A stretch of DNA of 64,000 bases from a bacterium (GTDB lineage: Bacteria > UBA8248 > JACPRG01 > G963555815): NCBI GenBank assembly GCA_963555815.3, contig CAUVWX020000001.1:352001-416000 (forward strand), given 5' to 3'. The translations under genes and the position numbers were made by a program. Shown here one piece after another: positions 1 to 15,215 of this stretch. Position 1 is the first letter of the stretch. Every line of letters begins with the position of its first letter. The notes under the pieces were generated by a model. It searched no databases, was not told the origin of the DNA, and was given only the letters and a program-made list of their open reading frames with translations.

Positions 1-1259
<1,259 letters not shown>

Positions 1260-1377
1260 ATGAACTTGAATCATTGACTCAGCTACTTGTAGCTCGGCTT
1301 GCCCAATTGCCCTATTCAGTTGTCAAAGAGCAGTGGGCTCCTTCAGGTTGAGGAACCCAATCTCTGTATCCTTCAAA

Positions 1378-1453
1378 TGGTGGAGATGAGCGGATTCGAA
1401 CCGCCGACCTTCCCGGTGCAAGCGGGATGCTCTCCCAGCTGAGCTACATCCCC
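1378..1453 (-). tRNA. tRNA-Ala(TGC)
   Basis: GGGGATG...TCCCG-CTTGCAC-CGGGA...GTTCGAAT...CCA; G3:U70 pair; lies in the rRNA spacer. Confidence 0.97.
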
Positions 1454-1483
1454 ATCTGCCTTCCTCACCACCAACTACAAAGC

Positions 1484-1560
1484 TGGTGGGCCTACCTGGA
1501 TTTGAACCAGGGACCCCACGCTTATCAGGCGTGTGCTCTAGCCAACTGAGCTATAGGCCC
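1484..1560 (-). tRNA. tRNA-Ile(GAT)
   Basis: GGGCCTATAGCTCAGTTGG...CTGATAA anticodon loop...GTTCAAATCC...CCA. Confidence 0.97.
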
Positions 1561-1875
1561 TCCTTCTAGATTGTGGGGGAACCCCCCCCATCTCACCAAG
1601 CATGAAAACGAATCAGCCGACGCTCCCTCTCGCACGACATCTCAAGGGTTTTGGCTTCGGCGTCCCTTCTGACCTGATGAAATGGACAAAGCCCCCTGTC
1701 GGGAGGGTCTTCGACCACGAAGGATAAAAAACAGGGGCATCGCGGCCCGTGGGGTATCGACCTAGGTGTAGCAATCGAGCGGATATCTGTGCCTTCGTTG
1801 GGACCTTTCCTCTGCGAAGAGCCTTCTTCCGAGTACTCAGCCCCTCAGACCCATCCGCGCCCGACCTTTTCACTA

Positions 1876-3439
<1,564 letters not shown>

Positions 3440-3509
3440 TTGAAGAGCTCACTTCGCAGGTGGAATCCTGCAAGGGATCCACCTGGTCTTAACTCATATA
3501 GGAACCCGT

Positions 3510-3592
3510 TGGACCGCGATGCACCCTATTCGATTTTCAAAGAGCATAAAGATAGCTTCAGTAAAAGTAGTACTCCGCCTGCCCCCTGTCAA
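3510..3592 (-). promoter_or_regulatory. rrn promoter, boxA-like element and 16S processing-stem arm
   Basis: TTGACA-17-TACTTT (3592-3564); GCTCTTTGAAAA boxA-like element, with a similar one near 1320-1331; 3510-3526 is complementary to the spacer at about 1733-1748. Confidence 0.7.
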
Positions 3593-3631
3593 GGGCTTTT
3601 TAATCGCTTAACGAGGGAGGGTCAGGCGCCT

Positions 3632-4948
3632 TCACGCGGGAGGCCGTGGGGGCCTCATGGGCAGTGTCTGAAAAACCACATGCTTTCCCACCTCAAAGAG
3701 GTGAGGGGAGGTGAAATCCACGGTCGAGGTCTCTTCAATGACCTTCTGGCCATCCACTTTAACGGCCCCCTGACGAAGGAGCCGTCTCACCTGACTCTTG
3801 CTCCCCTTCTGCGAAATGGCGAACAGGAGCTCCACAAGGCGTGCAGAGTTTCGGGCCTCGACCGGAAAATCCGCCTTTTTCGGCAGGCCCGCAAGAGACG
3901 GGTCCGCCCCTTCGGCGAATGAGGCGAAAATCTTCTCCCCTCTTGAGGACATCTCGTAGATCGTGGCCACCTTCTCTTTGTCGCGTCGGCGATATTTCGT
4001 CTCAAAGTGGCGGGCCGCCGCTTGTCCAGCCTCTTGCCCGTGGAAGCGCTCGACCAGCTCCTGGGCGAGCTGGGCCTTCATGTCGCGAGGGTGAAGTGTT
4101 CGCGCCCGAACCCCCTCCTTGAGGTCCTTGATCTCCTCCGGCCCCAGATTTGAGAGAAGGTCGTAGTAATCCAGCATGAGGTCGTCGGAGATGGACATGA
4201 CCTTCCCGTAGATCGCCTCAGGGGGTTCGTCGATGCCGATCTGGTTCCCATAGCTCTTGCTCATCTTCTGAACCCCGTCCGTCCCCACCAGAAGGGGCAG
4301 GGTGATGATGACCTGGGGGTCCTGACCGGCGTCCCGCTGAAGATCCCGTCCCACGAGGAGGTTGAACTTTTGGTCCGTCCCCCCCAGCTCCACGTCGGCC
4401 TTCAGGACAACTGAGTCGTGCCCCTGAAGGAGGGGATAGAGAAATTCGTGCAATCCGATGGGTTGTCCCCCCCTGTATCGCTTCTGAAAGTCATCTCGCT
4501 CGAGCATCCGTGCCACCGTCTGGCGCCCGGAGAGCCGGATAAGCTCCTCGGCGGACAAGTCCTGCAGCCACTCGCTGTTGAAGAGGACGCGGGTTTTCTG
4601 CCGGTCCAGGATCTTGAAGACCTGCCGCTCGTAGGTCCGGGTGTTCTCGGCCACCTCGTCCGCCGTCAGCTGCAGACGAATCTCAGACCGCCCGCTGGGA
4701 TCTCCGATCCGGGCAGTAAAGTCGCCGATGAGAAAAAGGACCTCGTGGCCCAACTCTTGAAAATGTCTGAGCTTTTGGATGAGGACCGTGTGTCCCAGGT
4801 GGAGGTCCGGGGCGGTCGGGTCAAACCCCGCCTTGACCCGGAGGGGTCTCCCTAGCTTGAGTTTTTCACTCAGCTCTTTTGGGGAGATAACCTCGGCGGC
4901 CCCGCGAAAGAGCCGAGAGAGGCCCTCTTCTGGCATCGTCTTTCTCAT
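3632..4948 (-). CDS. tyrS: Tyrosine--tRNA ligase
   Basis: [27 protein letters not shown]-terminal S4 domain. Confidence 0.97.
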   Translation of the reverse strand: MRKTMPEEGLSRLFRGAAEVISPKELSEKLKLGRPLRVKAGFDPTAPDLHLGHTVLIQKLRHFQELGHEVLFLIGDFTARIGDPSGRSEIRLQLTADEVAENTRTYERQVFKILDRQKTRVLFNSEWLQDLSAEELIRLSGRQTVARMLERDDFQKRYRGGQPIGLHEFLYPLLQGHDSVVLKADVELGGTDQKFNLLVGRDLQRDAGQDPQVIITLPLLVGTDGVQKMSKSYGNQIGIDEPPEAIYGKVMSISDDLMLDYYDLLSNLGPEEIKDLKEGVRARTLHPRDMKAQLAQELVERFHGQEAGQAAARHFETKYRRRDKEKVATIYEMSSRGEKIFASFAEGADPSLAGLPKKADFPVEARNSARLVELLFAISQKGSKSQVRRLLRQGAVKVDGQKVIEETSTVDFTSPHLFEVGKHVVFQTLPMRPPRPPA

Positions 4949-5019
4949 GAATGAAAAAGAAAAGGCAGGGTCATCAAAAATGACGCTGCCTTTTGGGCGG
5001 AAAAGAGATCAAGAAGGAC

Positions 5020-5292
5020 TCACCTGACCGCGTCTTTCAAATCCCTTCCTGGCGAAAATTTCGCAACATTCCTGGCGGCGATCTTTATGGTCTCGCCCGT
5101 CTGCGGGTTTCGACCAATCCGCGCCTTTCGCTTGCTGACCGAGAAGGTCCCAAACCCCACCAGTGTCACCTTTTGCTTCTTGGTGAGAGACTTCTTAACT
5201 CCGTCCAGAAATCCACTCAACGCCCTTTCCGCCGCCACCTTCGTGATACCCGCCGCATCCGCCATCCGATCCACCAGCTCGCCTTTCGTCAC
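5020..5292 (-). CDS. hup: DNA-binding protein HU
   Basis: MTKGELV...GFGTF...RIGRNPQTGE signature. Confidence 0.95.
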   Translation of the reverse strand: MTKGELVDRMADAAGITKVAAERALSGFLDGVKKSLTKKQKVTLVGFGTFSVSKRKARIGRNPQTGETIKIAARNVAKFSPGRDLKDAVR

Positions 5293-5482
5293 GTCTCCCC
5301 CTCCTTCTCCCTCACTGGATGTAAGATATCAGGAACCCCCGAAACCTCTGTTCAATTACCATCCGGGGCATTCCCTGTCAATTGAAAAACAGGGGGAGAA
5401 CAAAAAATCTCTGGCCGCCCGAGGGTCGCTTGACACCCCGACCGGGGCCTGGCTAGCATCAAGGAAAGGAGGGACTGGACCT

Positions 5483-5941
5483 TTGGGCAGAAAATACCCC
5501 AACCACCCCGTCGTGGGAGTAGGGGCCATCATCCTTCGGGGAAATGAAGTCCTGGTGGTTCGCCGGGGAGTCCCGCCTGGGGCGGGCCTTTGGAGCATCC
5601 CGGGCGGGGCCGTTGAACTGGGCGAGGGGTTGCAGGAAGCCCTGATCCGTGAGATCGCCGAAGAGACAGGCATCACCGTCGAGATCCTCGGCCTGGCCAC
5701 GGCCCTGGACCGCATCTACCTCGACCTCCACGGACGGGTAGAATACCACTATGTCCTGCTGAATTATTGTTGCGCCTACCGGTCAGGAGAGCCCCGGGCC
5801 GATTCAGACATCCTCGAGGCCCGTTGGGTTTACCTCAACCATCTGGAACCACTGGAGATGACAGAGGGCACCTTGGAGGTGATCCGCCAGGCTGCCAATC
5901 GCTACGGGAAACCTCAACTCGCCTTAGGCCAGTCTCCCTGA
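5483..5941 (+). CDS. Nudix hydrolase (ADP-ribose pyrophosphatase-like)
   Basis: Nudix box GGAVELGEGLQEALIREIAEETG; TTG start after AGGAGGG. Confidence 0.9.
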   Translation: MGRKYPNHPVVGVGAIILRGNEVLVVRRGVPPGAGLWSIPGGAVELGEGLQEALIREIAEETGITVEILGLATALDRIYLDLHGRVEYHYVLLNYCCAYRSGEPRADSDILEARWVYLNHLEPLEMTEGTLEVIRQAANRYGKPQLALGQSP

Positions 5942-5951
5942 AAGGGATCGC

Positions 5952-6497
5952 ATGTCTATCTCGACTAAACGAGGCGACGGGGGAGAGACGGATCTCCTCT
6001 ACGGCGGCCGGGTGCCCAAATACGACCTCAGGACAGAGGCCTATGGGGCCCTGCACGAGGCCTTGGCGGCCATGGGGCTCGCCCGAGCCCTTATCCCCGA
6101 CGAAGACCTGAAGGGGGAGGTCCTGCGCATCCAGAAAGAGCTCTTTATCCTGGGGGCCGAGCTGGCCACCGCCCGCGAACACCTCCACCGCCTAAAGGAG
6201 CGCATGGGGCCTGAGAGAGTGGCCGTGCTCGACGAGAAGCTTCAGGCCATCGAGGCGCGCCACCCGATAAAGGACTGGGTGATGCCGGGCGAGAACCCCG
6301 CTTCGGCCGCTATGGAATTCGCCTCCACCGTTCTCCGCCGGGCCGAGCGCTGGGCCGTTCGCCTGAAGGACGAGGGTCTCCTGGAAAACCCCCACCTCCT
6401 CGCCTACCTGAACCGCCTTGCAGATCTCCTCTTCATGTACGCCCGGCTCTTGGAGCCCAGGACGTCAGGCGACTCTGGGCAGACAACGCTGCCCTAG
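5952..6497 (+). CDS. PduO-type ATP:cob(I)alamin adenosyltransferase
   Basis: ISTKRGDGGET, RRAER and YLNRLADLLF motifs. Confidence 0.9.
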   Translation: MSISTKRGDGGETDLLYGGRVPKYDLRTEAYGALHEALAAMGLARALIPDEDLKGEVLRIQKELFILGAELATAREHLHRLKERMGPERVAVLDEKLQAIEARHPIKDWVMPGENPASAAMEFASTVLRRAERWAVRLKDEGLLENPHLLAYLNRLADLLFMYARLLEPRTSGDSGQTTLP

Positions 6498-6509
6498 CGA
6501 TCACCCTCA

Positions 6510-7604
6510 TCAAGAGGCCTGATAGAAGTCGGTCTCGCGATATCGTTCGGCCAGGGTCTCCCACCACACTTTGAGCACGGCCGCCGTTGGGACCGCCAGG
6601 AGGATCCCCAGAAAACCGAACGCCGCTCCGCCTATAAAAACCGCCATCATGATCACTACGGGGTGAAGCCCCACCCTGTCTCCCACAATCCAAGGGCTCA
6701 GGACCATGCTGTCGAGCCCCTGCCCAAAGCCGAACACGACCAGGACGCCAAGGGCGTGGGGCCAGTCGGGATGTTCCAGGAGGGTCATCAGGAGCGCCGG
6801 CAGCAACCCCACCAGGAGGCCCATGTAGGGGACGATGTTGGCCAGCCCCCCGGCGATCCCGATGATGATCCCCAAGGGGGTCCCCAGGAGCACGAGACCC
6901 AGGCTGTAGATACCCGCCAAGATAAGCGCCACCAGAAATTGCCCCTTGAGAAAGCTCCCCAGAATCTCGTCCATCCTGCGAAACCTTTCCCCCAAAAAGG
7001 CGTGATGCTTAGGAGGGGCGAGATGAAGGGCGCGCTCCTTCAGGTGGTCGAAGTCCCGAAGGAGATAGAAGGTGGCCACCGGAATAATGGCCAGATTGAC
7101 CAGGAGAAGGATGAAATTTACGAGGCCCGAGGTAGCGCGCCAGAGGACACTGCTTGCCGATTGAAAGAGACTCGGGGGCAGGGTCCGAAGGCGCTCGAAG
7201 AAGTCGTTCCAAGCCCCCTCCAGCTGGAAGGGGTCAATCCCGGTCAGACGAAGGATAACGGGCTCCAGCCAGGTCCGGAGCTGTTTCAGATAGCGCGGTG
7301 TCCCTTCTATGAGGGACTCCAGCTGCACCCTCAAGATGGGAAAAACCAGGGTCACCACGACCACGACAAAAAGCGCCAGGGCCAGGATCAAGAGGACGAT
7401 CCCCAGGCCACGGGGAAGACGCCGTCGCTCCAGCCAATCTGCCACGGGGTCCAGGAGATACGCGAGGAGGGCTGACAGGAAAAAGGCCGTTACGACGGAG
7501 CGCAGAACGTAGAGGAAATAGAGGCTAAGGACAATGGCGGCCAGGATAGCTAGATTGAGCCACGCGGTCCTGACCGTCTCGCGAGGCAGTCCCCCCTCGG
7601 CCAT
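6510..7604 (-). CDS. AI-2E family transporter
   Basis: Hydrophobic; YLLDP, NIVPYMG and VGLHPVVI...GILLAVP motifs. Confidence 0.9.
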   Translation of the reverse strand: MAEGGLPRETVRTAWLNLAILAAIVLSLYFLYVLRSVVTAFFLSALLAYLLDPVADWLERRRLPRGLGIVLLILALALFVVVVVTLVFPILRVQLESLIEGTPRYLKQLRTWLEPVILRLTGIDPFQLEGAWNDFFERLRTLPPSLFQSASSVLWRATSGLVNFILLLVNLAIIPVATFYLLRDFDHLKERALHLAPPKHHAFLGERFRRMDEILGSFLKGQFLVALILAGIYSLGLVLLGTPLGIIIGIAGGLANIVPYMGLLVGLLPALLMTLLEHPDWPHALGVLVVFGFGQGLDSMVLSPWIVGDRVGLHPVVIMMAVFIGGAAFGFLGILLAVPTAAVLKVWWETLAERYRETDFYQAS

Positions 7605-7613
7605 CTCCCCGGC

Positions 7614-8246
7614 CTAAGGGGTGTCTGCCGAGCGCCGCATGACCCGATAGACATAATGCAGGCCTGAGGCCAGGGTGGCGGCGACGGTGAGCCCCAGGAG
7701 TGGTGCCATCAGGGGCGGACGCGTTTCCAGGAAATTGAACCATAGGACCCAAAAGACGGTCAGAAGCTGGAGCCCGGTGGTCCATTTCCCCAGCAGACTC
7801 GGCGTCACGGCCACGCTCCCCGAGAAAACCTTGAGCACCAGGGAACCCGTCACGATAAGGATGTCCCGGCTCACCACCACAATGGTCAGCCAGGCCGGGA
7901 TGAGCCCGAGAAAGGAGAGGGAGAGAAAGGAGGCGATCAGAATGAGCTTATCGGCCAAGGGGTCCAGGATAGTCCCCAGGAAGGTGACCTGGCCGGTGCG
8001 CCGGGCCACGAACCCATCAACAGCGTCTGAAGCACCTAGCGCGAAAAAAATGACCAGGGCAGGCACAATGAAGCCATACAACAGCATGATGATGTAGACA
8101 GGGGCCAGGAGGACGCGAAGGATCGTGATCTGGTTTGCGATGTTCCACGACAAGGCAGGTGTCAGCGTTGAGGCGGCCTCTTGCGAAACAGCCCCCCCCA
8201 GGGCGGATGTCCTTTCCAGAGGTATATTGACCTTCAGGTTATCCAC
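7614..8246 (-). CDS. CDP-alcohol phosphatidyltransferase (PgsA-like; start uncertain)
   Basis: ANQITILR; DAVDGFVARR...GTILDPLADK. Confidence 0.9.
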   Translation of the reverse strand: MDNLKVNIPLERTSALGGAVSQEAASTLTPALSWNIANQITILRVLLAPVYIIMLLYGFIVPALVIFFALGASDAVDGFVARRTGQVTFLGTILDPLADKLILIASFLSLSFLGLIPAWLTIVVVSRDILIVTGSLVLKVFSGSVAVTPSLLGKWTTGLQLLTVFWVLWFNFLETRPPLMAPLLGLTVAATLASGLHYVYRVMRRSADTP

Positions 8247-9183
8247 TTCCTTGCCCCGTACCGGTAGGGAATAGAAGGCGTTTGGCCCGCTCTAGAACCT
8301 CGATGGCCTCCTGCCCGCCCACTGCCCCCAGGGGGTCAAAGGTGCCCTCAGGTCTGAGGTCCATCACCCTGTGGTAGACCACGAATCCAATGGCCGTCCG
8401 CGCCCGATGTTCCGCCGGAACATCGGAGAGGGCATCGGCCGCTTCACCGGCCTCCTCCGTCGTGGGGGTCACCCCCACCCGCTCGAAGAGATTGTACACC
8501 ACTTGAGCAAATTCGGCTCGGGTGACCAGGGCCGAGGGGTCAAAGGTGTGGTCCTGATAGGGGCTCATGAGTTGGTGCCCCACCACGGCCAGGATCTGCT
8601 CCCTTGCCCAGTGTCGTCCGATGTCCGTCATGACCTCAAAAACAGAGGAAGTGGCGTAGGGGGAGAAGTCCCCCAAGTGGACGGCCAAAAGGGCCGCCAC
8701 CTCCCCCCGGCTCAAACGAGGGGAGCTTGGAATGGCAGAGACTGGCTGGGGCCAGCCCATGGGCTGGCCAAGGTATGCAAGATAGGCGCGGGCTTCCAGA
8801 TCATCCGGGCGTTGTTCGATCACCCGGCCCAACAAGCGCTCCGCCTCCGTCCGATCGCCTGCGAAGAAATACCATTTTCCAAGCCCTGCCAGGGTCCTCA
8901 GGTCGTCAGGCTGAAGGACCTGGGCCTTGCTGTATAGCTGGAGGGCCCGGGCAAATTGCCTTCGGAAGAAATGGACGTCGCCTAGGGCGAGATAGGGTCG
9001 GGGGTCCTCGGGGTACCGAATCCGAAGGGCATCGAATATGGCCTCAGCAGCCCCCGTCTGCCCCCCCCGAAGCGCCACAAATCCCCGAAAATACAGGCTC
9101 TGGAAATCCTGCGCCTCCCCTTGCCCAAACCAAAGCACAAGGATCAGTCCCAGCACTCCCGCCCATCTACCCGGGCATTTCAC
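8239..9183 (-). CDS. Exported TPR-repeat protein with C-terminal SLH-like domains
   Basis: Signal peptide, TPR helices, DIGRHWA...FDPSALVTRAEFA SLH-type motif. Confidence 0.75.
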   Translation of the reverse strand: MKCPGRWAGVLGLILVLWFGQGEAQDFQSLYFRGFVALRGGQTGAAEAIFDALRIRYPEDPRPYLALGDVHFFRRQFARALQLYSKAQVLQPDDLRTLAGLGKWYFFAGDRTEAERLLGRVIEQRPDDLEARAYLAYLGQPMGWPQPVSAIPSSPRLSRGEVAALLAVHLGDFSPYATSSVFEVMTDIGRHWAREQILAVVGHQLMSPYQDHTFDPSALVTRAEFAQVVYNLFERVGVTPTTEEAGEAADALSDVPAEHRARTAIGFVVYHRVMDLRPEGTFDPLGAVGGQEAIEVLERAKRLLFPTGTGQGSG

Positions 9184-9911
9184 CCTCTTCCCTCCTCCAG
9201 CCTGACCCGTCGCCTCAGGGCCTTCACCTCATCCGTGGTGAGATATCTCCACTGACCGGCCCGAAGAGAGCCTCGGCCGAGGCCCGCAAAGCGAACCCGC
9301 TGAATTTTGACGGTCGGATGCCCGATGGCTTCACACATCCGTTTAAGAAGACGGTTTCTCCCCTCTCGGAGGGTTAGGGAAATCCAGGCCGAGCCCTGGA
9401 GCTGGCGCTCAAGGCGGACCCCCTCGGCCGAAGCCCGCCCGTCTGAGAGGGTCACGCCCCGCTCGAGCCTCCTCAACACCTTTATCGAAGGCGTCCCCCT
9501 CACCTTCACCCGATAGGCCCTTGTGACGCCGTACCTGGGGTGAGTCAGTCGATGGGCGAGGGTCCCGTCATTCGTCAGGAGGAGGACCCCTGTAACATCA
9601 TAGTCCAGACGGCCGACAGGATTGACGTGGGCTTTGAGCCCTTTCAGAAGGTCCATGACGGTGAGTCGCCCTTGAGGGTCCATGCGGGTTGTCACACTGC
9701 CCCGCGGCTTATTGAGCAGGATCCAGACCTTGGGGGGAGGCGGCCGAAGTCTCTTCCTGTCCAGCCGGACGCTATCCCGGGGCGGATCCACGGCAAGGCC
9801 GGGGCTAAAAACCCTTTGGCCATTGACAGTCACCCTTCCCGCCAAGATGACGGCCTCGGCTTCTCGCCGCGAGGCCACCCCGGCCTGCGCGAGAAATTTA
9901 GAAAGTCGCAT
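9180..9911 (-). CDS. rluB: rRNA pseudouridine synthase (RluB/RsuA family)
   Basis: MRLSKFLAQAGVASRR S4 domain, GRLD catalytic motif, EGRN. Confidence 0.9.
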   Translation of the reverse strand: MRLSKFLAQAGVASRREAEAVILAGRVTVNGQRVFSPGLAVDPPRDSVRLDRKRLRPPPPKVWILLNKPRGSVTTRMDPQGRLTVMDLLKGLKAHVNPVGRLDYDVTGVLLLTNDGTLAHRLTHPRYGVTRAYRVKVRGTPSIKVLRRLERGVTLSDGRASAEGVRLERQLQGSAWISLTLREGRNRLLKRMCEAIGHPTVKIQRVRFAGLGRGSLRAGQWRYLTTDEVKALRRRVRLEEGRG

Positions 9912-10441
9912 CAAGGAGGAACAAGCTCTTTTAGCTTCGGCAGGTCGACAAGAGAGTTGAAGCCAAAATGTTCCAGAAAGATTCGGGTGGTCCCGTAGAC
10001 CATGGGCCTTCCCAACACCTGGCGACGGCCCACAACACGGATGAGTCGCCTGTCCAAGAGGGTCCGCAGGACTGCCGTGCAGTCCACCCCACGAATTTCC
10101 TCCATCTCGGCGCGCGTCACCGGCTGTCGATAAGCCACCACCGCCAAACTCTCCAGGGCAGAGGGCGAAAGCGTCGCGCGGCTGGCCCGCTTGAGATAGC
10201 GCTTCACCCAGGAAGCGTACTCGGGGCGGCTCGCCAGACGGTAGCCTTCGGCGACCTTCTGGACCTGAAGGGGCCTCCGCTCATATTCTCCGGTTATCTC
10301 GGCCAGAACTTCCTCGACGGTCTTAGCCTCCACCATCCCCGCAAAAACATCCACCAACTCCTTTACGCGAACTGGGACATCGGACACAAAGAGGAGAGTC
10401 TCGACCACTTCCTTCAGGCTCTGTCTACCTAACTCATTCAT
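9911..10441 (-). CDS. scpB: SMC-Scp complex subunit ScpB
   Basis: LESLAVVAYRQPVTRAEMEEIRGV, YGTT..FL..FG; likely start ATG at 10441. Confidence 0.95.
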   Translation of the reverse strand: MNELGRQSLKEVVETLLFVSDVPVRVKELVDVFAGMVEAKTVEEVLAEITGEYERRPLQVQKVAEGYRLASRPEYASWVKRYLKRASRATLSPSALESLAVVAYRQPVTRAEMEEIRGVDCTAVLRTLLDRRLIRVVGRRQVLGRPMVYGTTRIFLEHFGFNSLVDLPKLKELVPP

Positions 10442-11162
10442 TCTCGAGGCTTCGTCGAATATAGAGCGTCCCCTGAGGCTTGGCCTGCGACACCTGGACA
10501 AGTTTTCGCCGGACAAGCTCCAGGATGGCCAGGAAGGTTGCCACAATCTCGATCCGCTGAGCCATTCCCTCAAAGAGAGCCGAGAAGGTGGTCCCCTCGG
10601 CCTTTCCCAGCCGGTCCAAGACATAGGTAAGTCGCTCGGCCGTCGCCATCTCGTCGACCTGGACAACGTGAGGGGCGGTCGCCCCAATCTCGGCCAGGAT
10701 CTTCTCAAAGGCCTTCAAAAGGTCAAAGGCCGAGACCTCCTCCAGGCCTTCCTCCTCGGGTTCCTCCTCCATCATCTTGTGAACCTCGTCCGGAGCCCCC
10801 CTGGAAAAGACCCCCATCTGGTCTCTCTCTCTCTCCCGAAAGGTTTCCATGGCCTCCCGGTACTCCTGATATTCGAGCAGTCGATCCACCAGCTCCCGAC
10901 GTGGATCTTCCTCTTCCTCGCCCTCATCGGGCGGCGAAGGCAGGAGCATCTTCGATTTAATGTAAGTGAGCGTGGCGGCCATGACCAGATAATCCCCCGC
11001 CACATCCAGATTGAAGGACTCCATCAGGTCCAGGTAGTGCAGGTATTGTTCGGTGATGAGGGCGATGGGGATATCGTAGATGTTGACCTGGTTTTCTCGA
11101 ACGAGATGAAGAAGAAGATCGAGGGGACCTTCAAAAATGTCCAACTGGACCTTGTAGGCCAT
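10434..11162 (-). CDS. scpA: Segregation and condensation protein ScpA
   Basis: FEGPLDLLLHL, KSKMLLP, FLAILEL. Confidence 0.95.
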   Translation of the reverse strand: MAYKVQLDIFEGPLDLLLHLVRENQVNIYDIPIALITEQYLHYLDLMESFNLDVAGDYLVMAATLTYIKSKMLLPSPPDEGEEEEDPRRELVDRLLEYQEYREAMETFRERERDQMGVFSRGAPDEVHKMMEEEPEEEGLEEVSAFDLLKAFEKILAEIGATAPHVVQVDEMATAERLTYVLDRLGKAEGTTFSALFEGMAQRIEIVATFLAILELVRRKLVQVSQAKPQGTLYIRRSLENE

Positions 11163-11364
11163 CCCCTCTTGTCCTGCAGGGCTCGCTTCCAAAACGAGGA
11201 AAAGTGTAGTGAACCCCTTTCCAGGTGTCAATCCCTTTCTGTCCCCCGGGCGGGGGATTGACACCCGAGAGACCTCATTGGAGAATGGCTTACAGGGTGC
11301 CTGAGGACGTTCAAACTCCCTGAGATCAGGAACACAAAGGCTTGAGGCCGGGAGGAAGTCCAGC

Positions 11365-12783
11365 GTGGAGAAGGAGCGTCAAAAACTTCTTCGAAATCTC
11401 CCCTCCGTCGACGAGGTCATCAAAATCCTTCGGGGGCAAGCCTCGGACGGAGCCCCCGAGGTCCTGGCGCTTGATCTCGTTCGAGAAGTCCTGGCCCAGC
11501 GCCGCGAGGCCATCCTGGCCGCCGCCTCCCCCAGGGAACTCCAGTCCATCAATCCAGCCCCAGAGGCCATTCTTCAGGAGACAAAAAGGGCCGTTGAACA
11601 CGCCCTTCGCCCCCACCTTCGCCGGGTCATCAACGCCACAGGCGTTATCCTCCACACGAATTTCGGGCGCGCCCCCCTCGGGCCGGAAATCCTTCGGACC
11701 CTTGTCCAGGTCGCTGGAGGATACTGCAACCTGGAGTACGACCTTCCCTCTGGAGGGCGGGGCCAGCGCGACGCCCCTTTGCAGAACCTCCTCAGACGCC
11801 TCACGGGATGCCAGGCGGCCACGGTCGTAAACAACAATGCGGCGGCCGTCTTGCTCTCTCTCCGGGCCCTGGCACAGGGCCGCAAGGTCATTGTCTCGCG
11901 GGGCGAGCTGGTGGAGATAGGGGGGAGCTTTCGCATCCCGGACGTGATGCGGGAGAGCGGCGCCCTGCTTCAGGAGGTGGGAACAACCAATAAGACCCAC
12001 CTGAAGGACTACGAGAAGGCCCTGGACGATGAAACGGCGCTCCTCTTGAAGGTCCACTGCAGCAACTACCGCATCGTCGGCTTTACCCAGGAGGTCTCCC
12101 TGGAAGAGCTCTCGCGTCTGGGAAAGGATCGCGGGACCCCTGTGATGATGGACCTTGGAAGCGGCTGTCTCAAAGATCTCAGGCCCTTCGGGCTCTCTTA
12201 CGAGCTGACCCCGGGAGATGCGCTTCGGGCGGGGGCGGATATCGTCACATTCAGCGGGGACAAGCTCCTCGGAGGTCCCCAGGCAGGGCTCATCGTGGGA
12301 ACTCAGGTCCTCGTAGATCAAATTCGCCGCCACCCTCTCATGCGGGCCCTCCGGGTGGACAAGCTGACGTTGACGACCCTCGAGCAGACTTTACTGGCCT
12401 ACCTTGACCCGGACGCGACGGCCCAAAAGCTCCCCGCCCTTAAAATGCTCTTTCTGAGCGCCAGCGATCTTCGCCGCCGGGCCCGGCGGCTGGTGAAGCG
12501 CATGTCCGAGGAGGCCCGCCTTCGCCTCGACCCAAAAATCCAGGAGGGCATTTCACGAGCGGGAGGCGGGTCACTGCCGACCGAGGAGGTCTCTACCGTC
12601 CTCATTTCCATCAAGTCGACCGACATATCTCTCCGCTCCTTAGAGGAATTTTTGCGCTCCCACGAACCCCCCGTGATCGCCCGGATCCAAGATGACCGCC
12701 TCCTCCTCGACCTTCGGACGGTCCTCCCCGGGGAGGAGCCTCTCATCCTTGAGGCCCTTGAGGCCGTCTCGAAGCGGGGATGA
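11365..12783 (+). CDS. selA: L-seryl-tRNA(Sec) selenium transferase
   Basis: VINATGVILHTNFGRA, VNNNAAA, EIGGSFRIP, FSGDKLLGGPQAG. Confidence 0.97.
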   Translation: MEKERQKLLRNLPSVDEVIKILRGQASDGAPEVLALDLVREVLAQRREAILAAASPRELQSINPAPEAILQETKRAVEHALRPHLRRVINATGVILHTNFGRAPLGPEILRTLVQVAGGYCNLEYDLPSGGRGQRDAPLQNLLRRLTGCQAATVVNNNAAAVLLSLRALAQGRKVIVSRGELVEIGGSFRIPDVMRESGALLQEVGTTNKTHLKDYEKALDDETALLLKVHCSNYRIVGFTQEVSLEELSRLGKDRGTPVMMDLGSGCLKDLRPFGLSYELTPGDALRAGADIVTFSGDKLLGGPQAGLIVGTQVLVDQIRRHPLMRALRVDKLTLTTLEQTLLAYLDPDATAQKLPALKMLFLSASDLRRRARRLVKRMSEEARLRLDPKIQEGISRAGGGSLPTEEVSTVLISIKSTDISLRSLEEFLRSHEPPVIARIQDDRLLLDLRTVLPGEEPLILEALEAVSKRG

Positions 12784-12793
12784 GAGGTCTTCA

Positions 12794-14695
<1,902 letters not shown>

Positions 14696-14726
14696 CCGCC
14701 ATTTCCTTTTGATGTCTCCCTCAACT

Positions 14727-15215
14727 CTACTCCCCTTTCGCAGGGACAGAGATCCCCAGCCCCGCAAGCTCGGCCATCATGTGGTTCCGGTGAGTTCCCG
14801 CCCAGTAAATCCGCCGGCAGGCCGGACAGCGGCAAAACTCCTGCTGGGTCGAAAAGGTGAACTCTGGGACTTCGGCCGCCACCTCCCCCCGCTCAGACCT
14901 CACCAAGCGCTCATTGCAACGAAGGCATCGGGAGAGAAAGTCAGGGGCTTTAGTGAGATCAAGTCGTTGGGCAATCTCGGCCAGTTGCTCCCGGGGTCGG
15001 TCGGAAAAGACGACGAGGGCGTTCGTCATCCCTTTGCGGACGCCCAGCTTTCGGTTCCGCGTGAGGAAGATGCGGCCTTCCTCAAGACACCGCGTTAAAA
15101 ACTCCTCGTCCATCTTGCGCATGTAGTGGGTGTCAAAGCCCAGGACGCGGAGCCACGTGACCGCCCCGCCCAGATTTGGCCCCACCACAAAGCGGCGCTC
15201 GGACCAGGCGTTCAT
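14727..15215 (-). CDS. Mut7-C RNase domain protein
   Basis: WLRVLGFDT, RCLRCN...CPACRRIYWAGTH. Confidence 0.85.
   Translation of the reverse strand: MNAWSERRFVVGPNLGGAVTWLRVLGFDTHYMRKMDEEFLTRCLEEGRIFLTRNRKLGVRKGMTNALVVFSDRPREQLAEIAQRLDLTKAPDFLSRCLRCNERLVRSERGEVAAEVPEFTFSTQQEFCRCPACRRIYWAGTHRNHMMAELAGLGISVPAKGE

Noticed and set aside
1613..1873. 86-aa ORF in the roughly 320-nt 16S-tRNA-Ile spacer
   Set aside because: The upstream AAGGAG is the usual sequence after the 16S end, the region carries the processing-stem arm, and the protein has no recognisable motif
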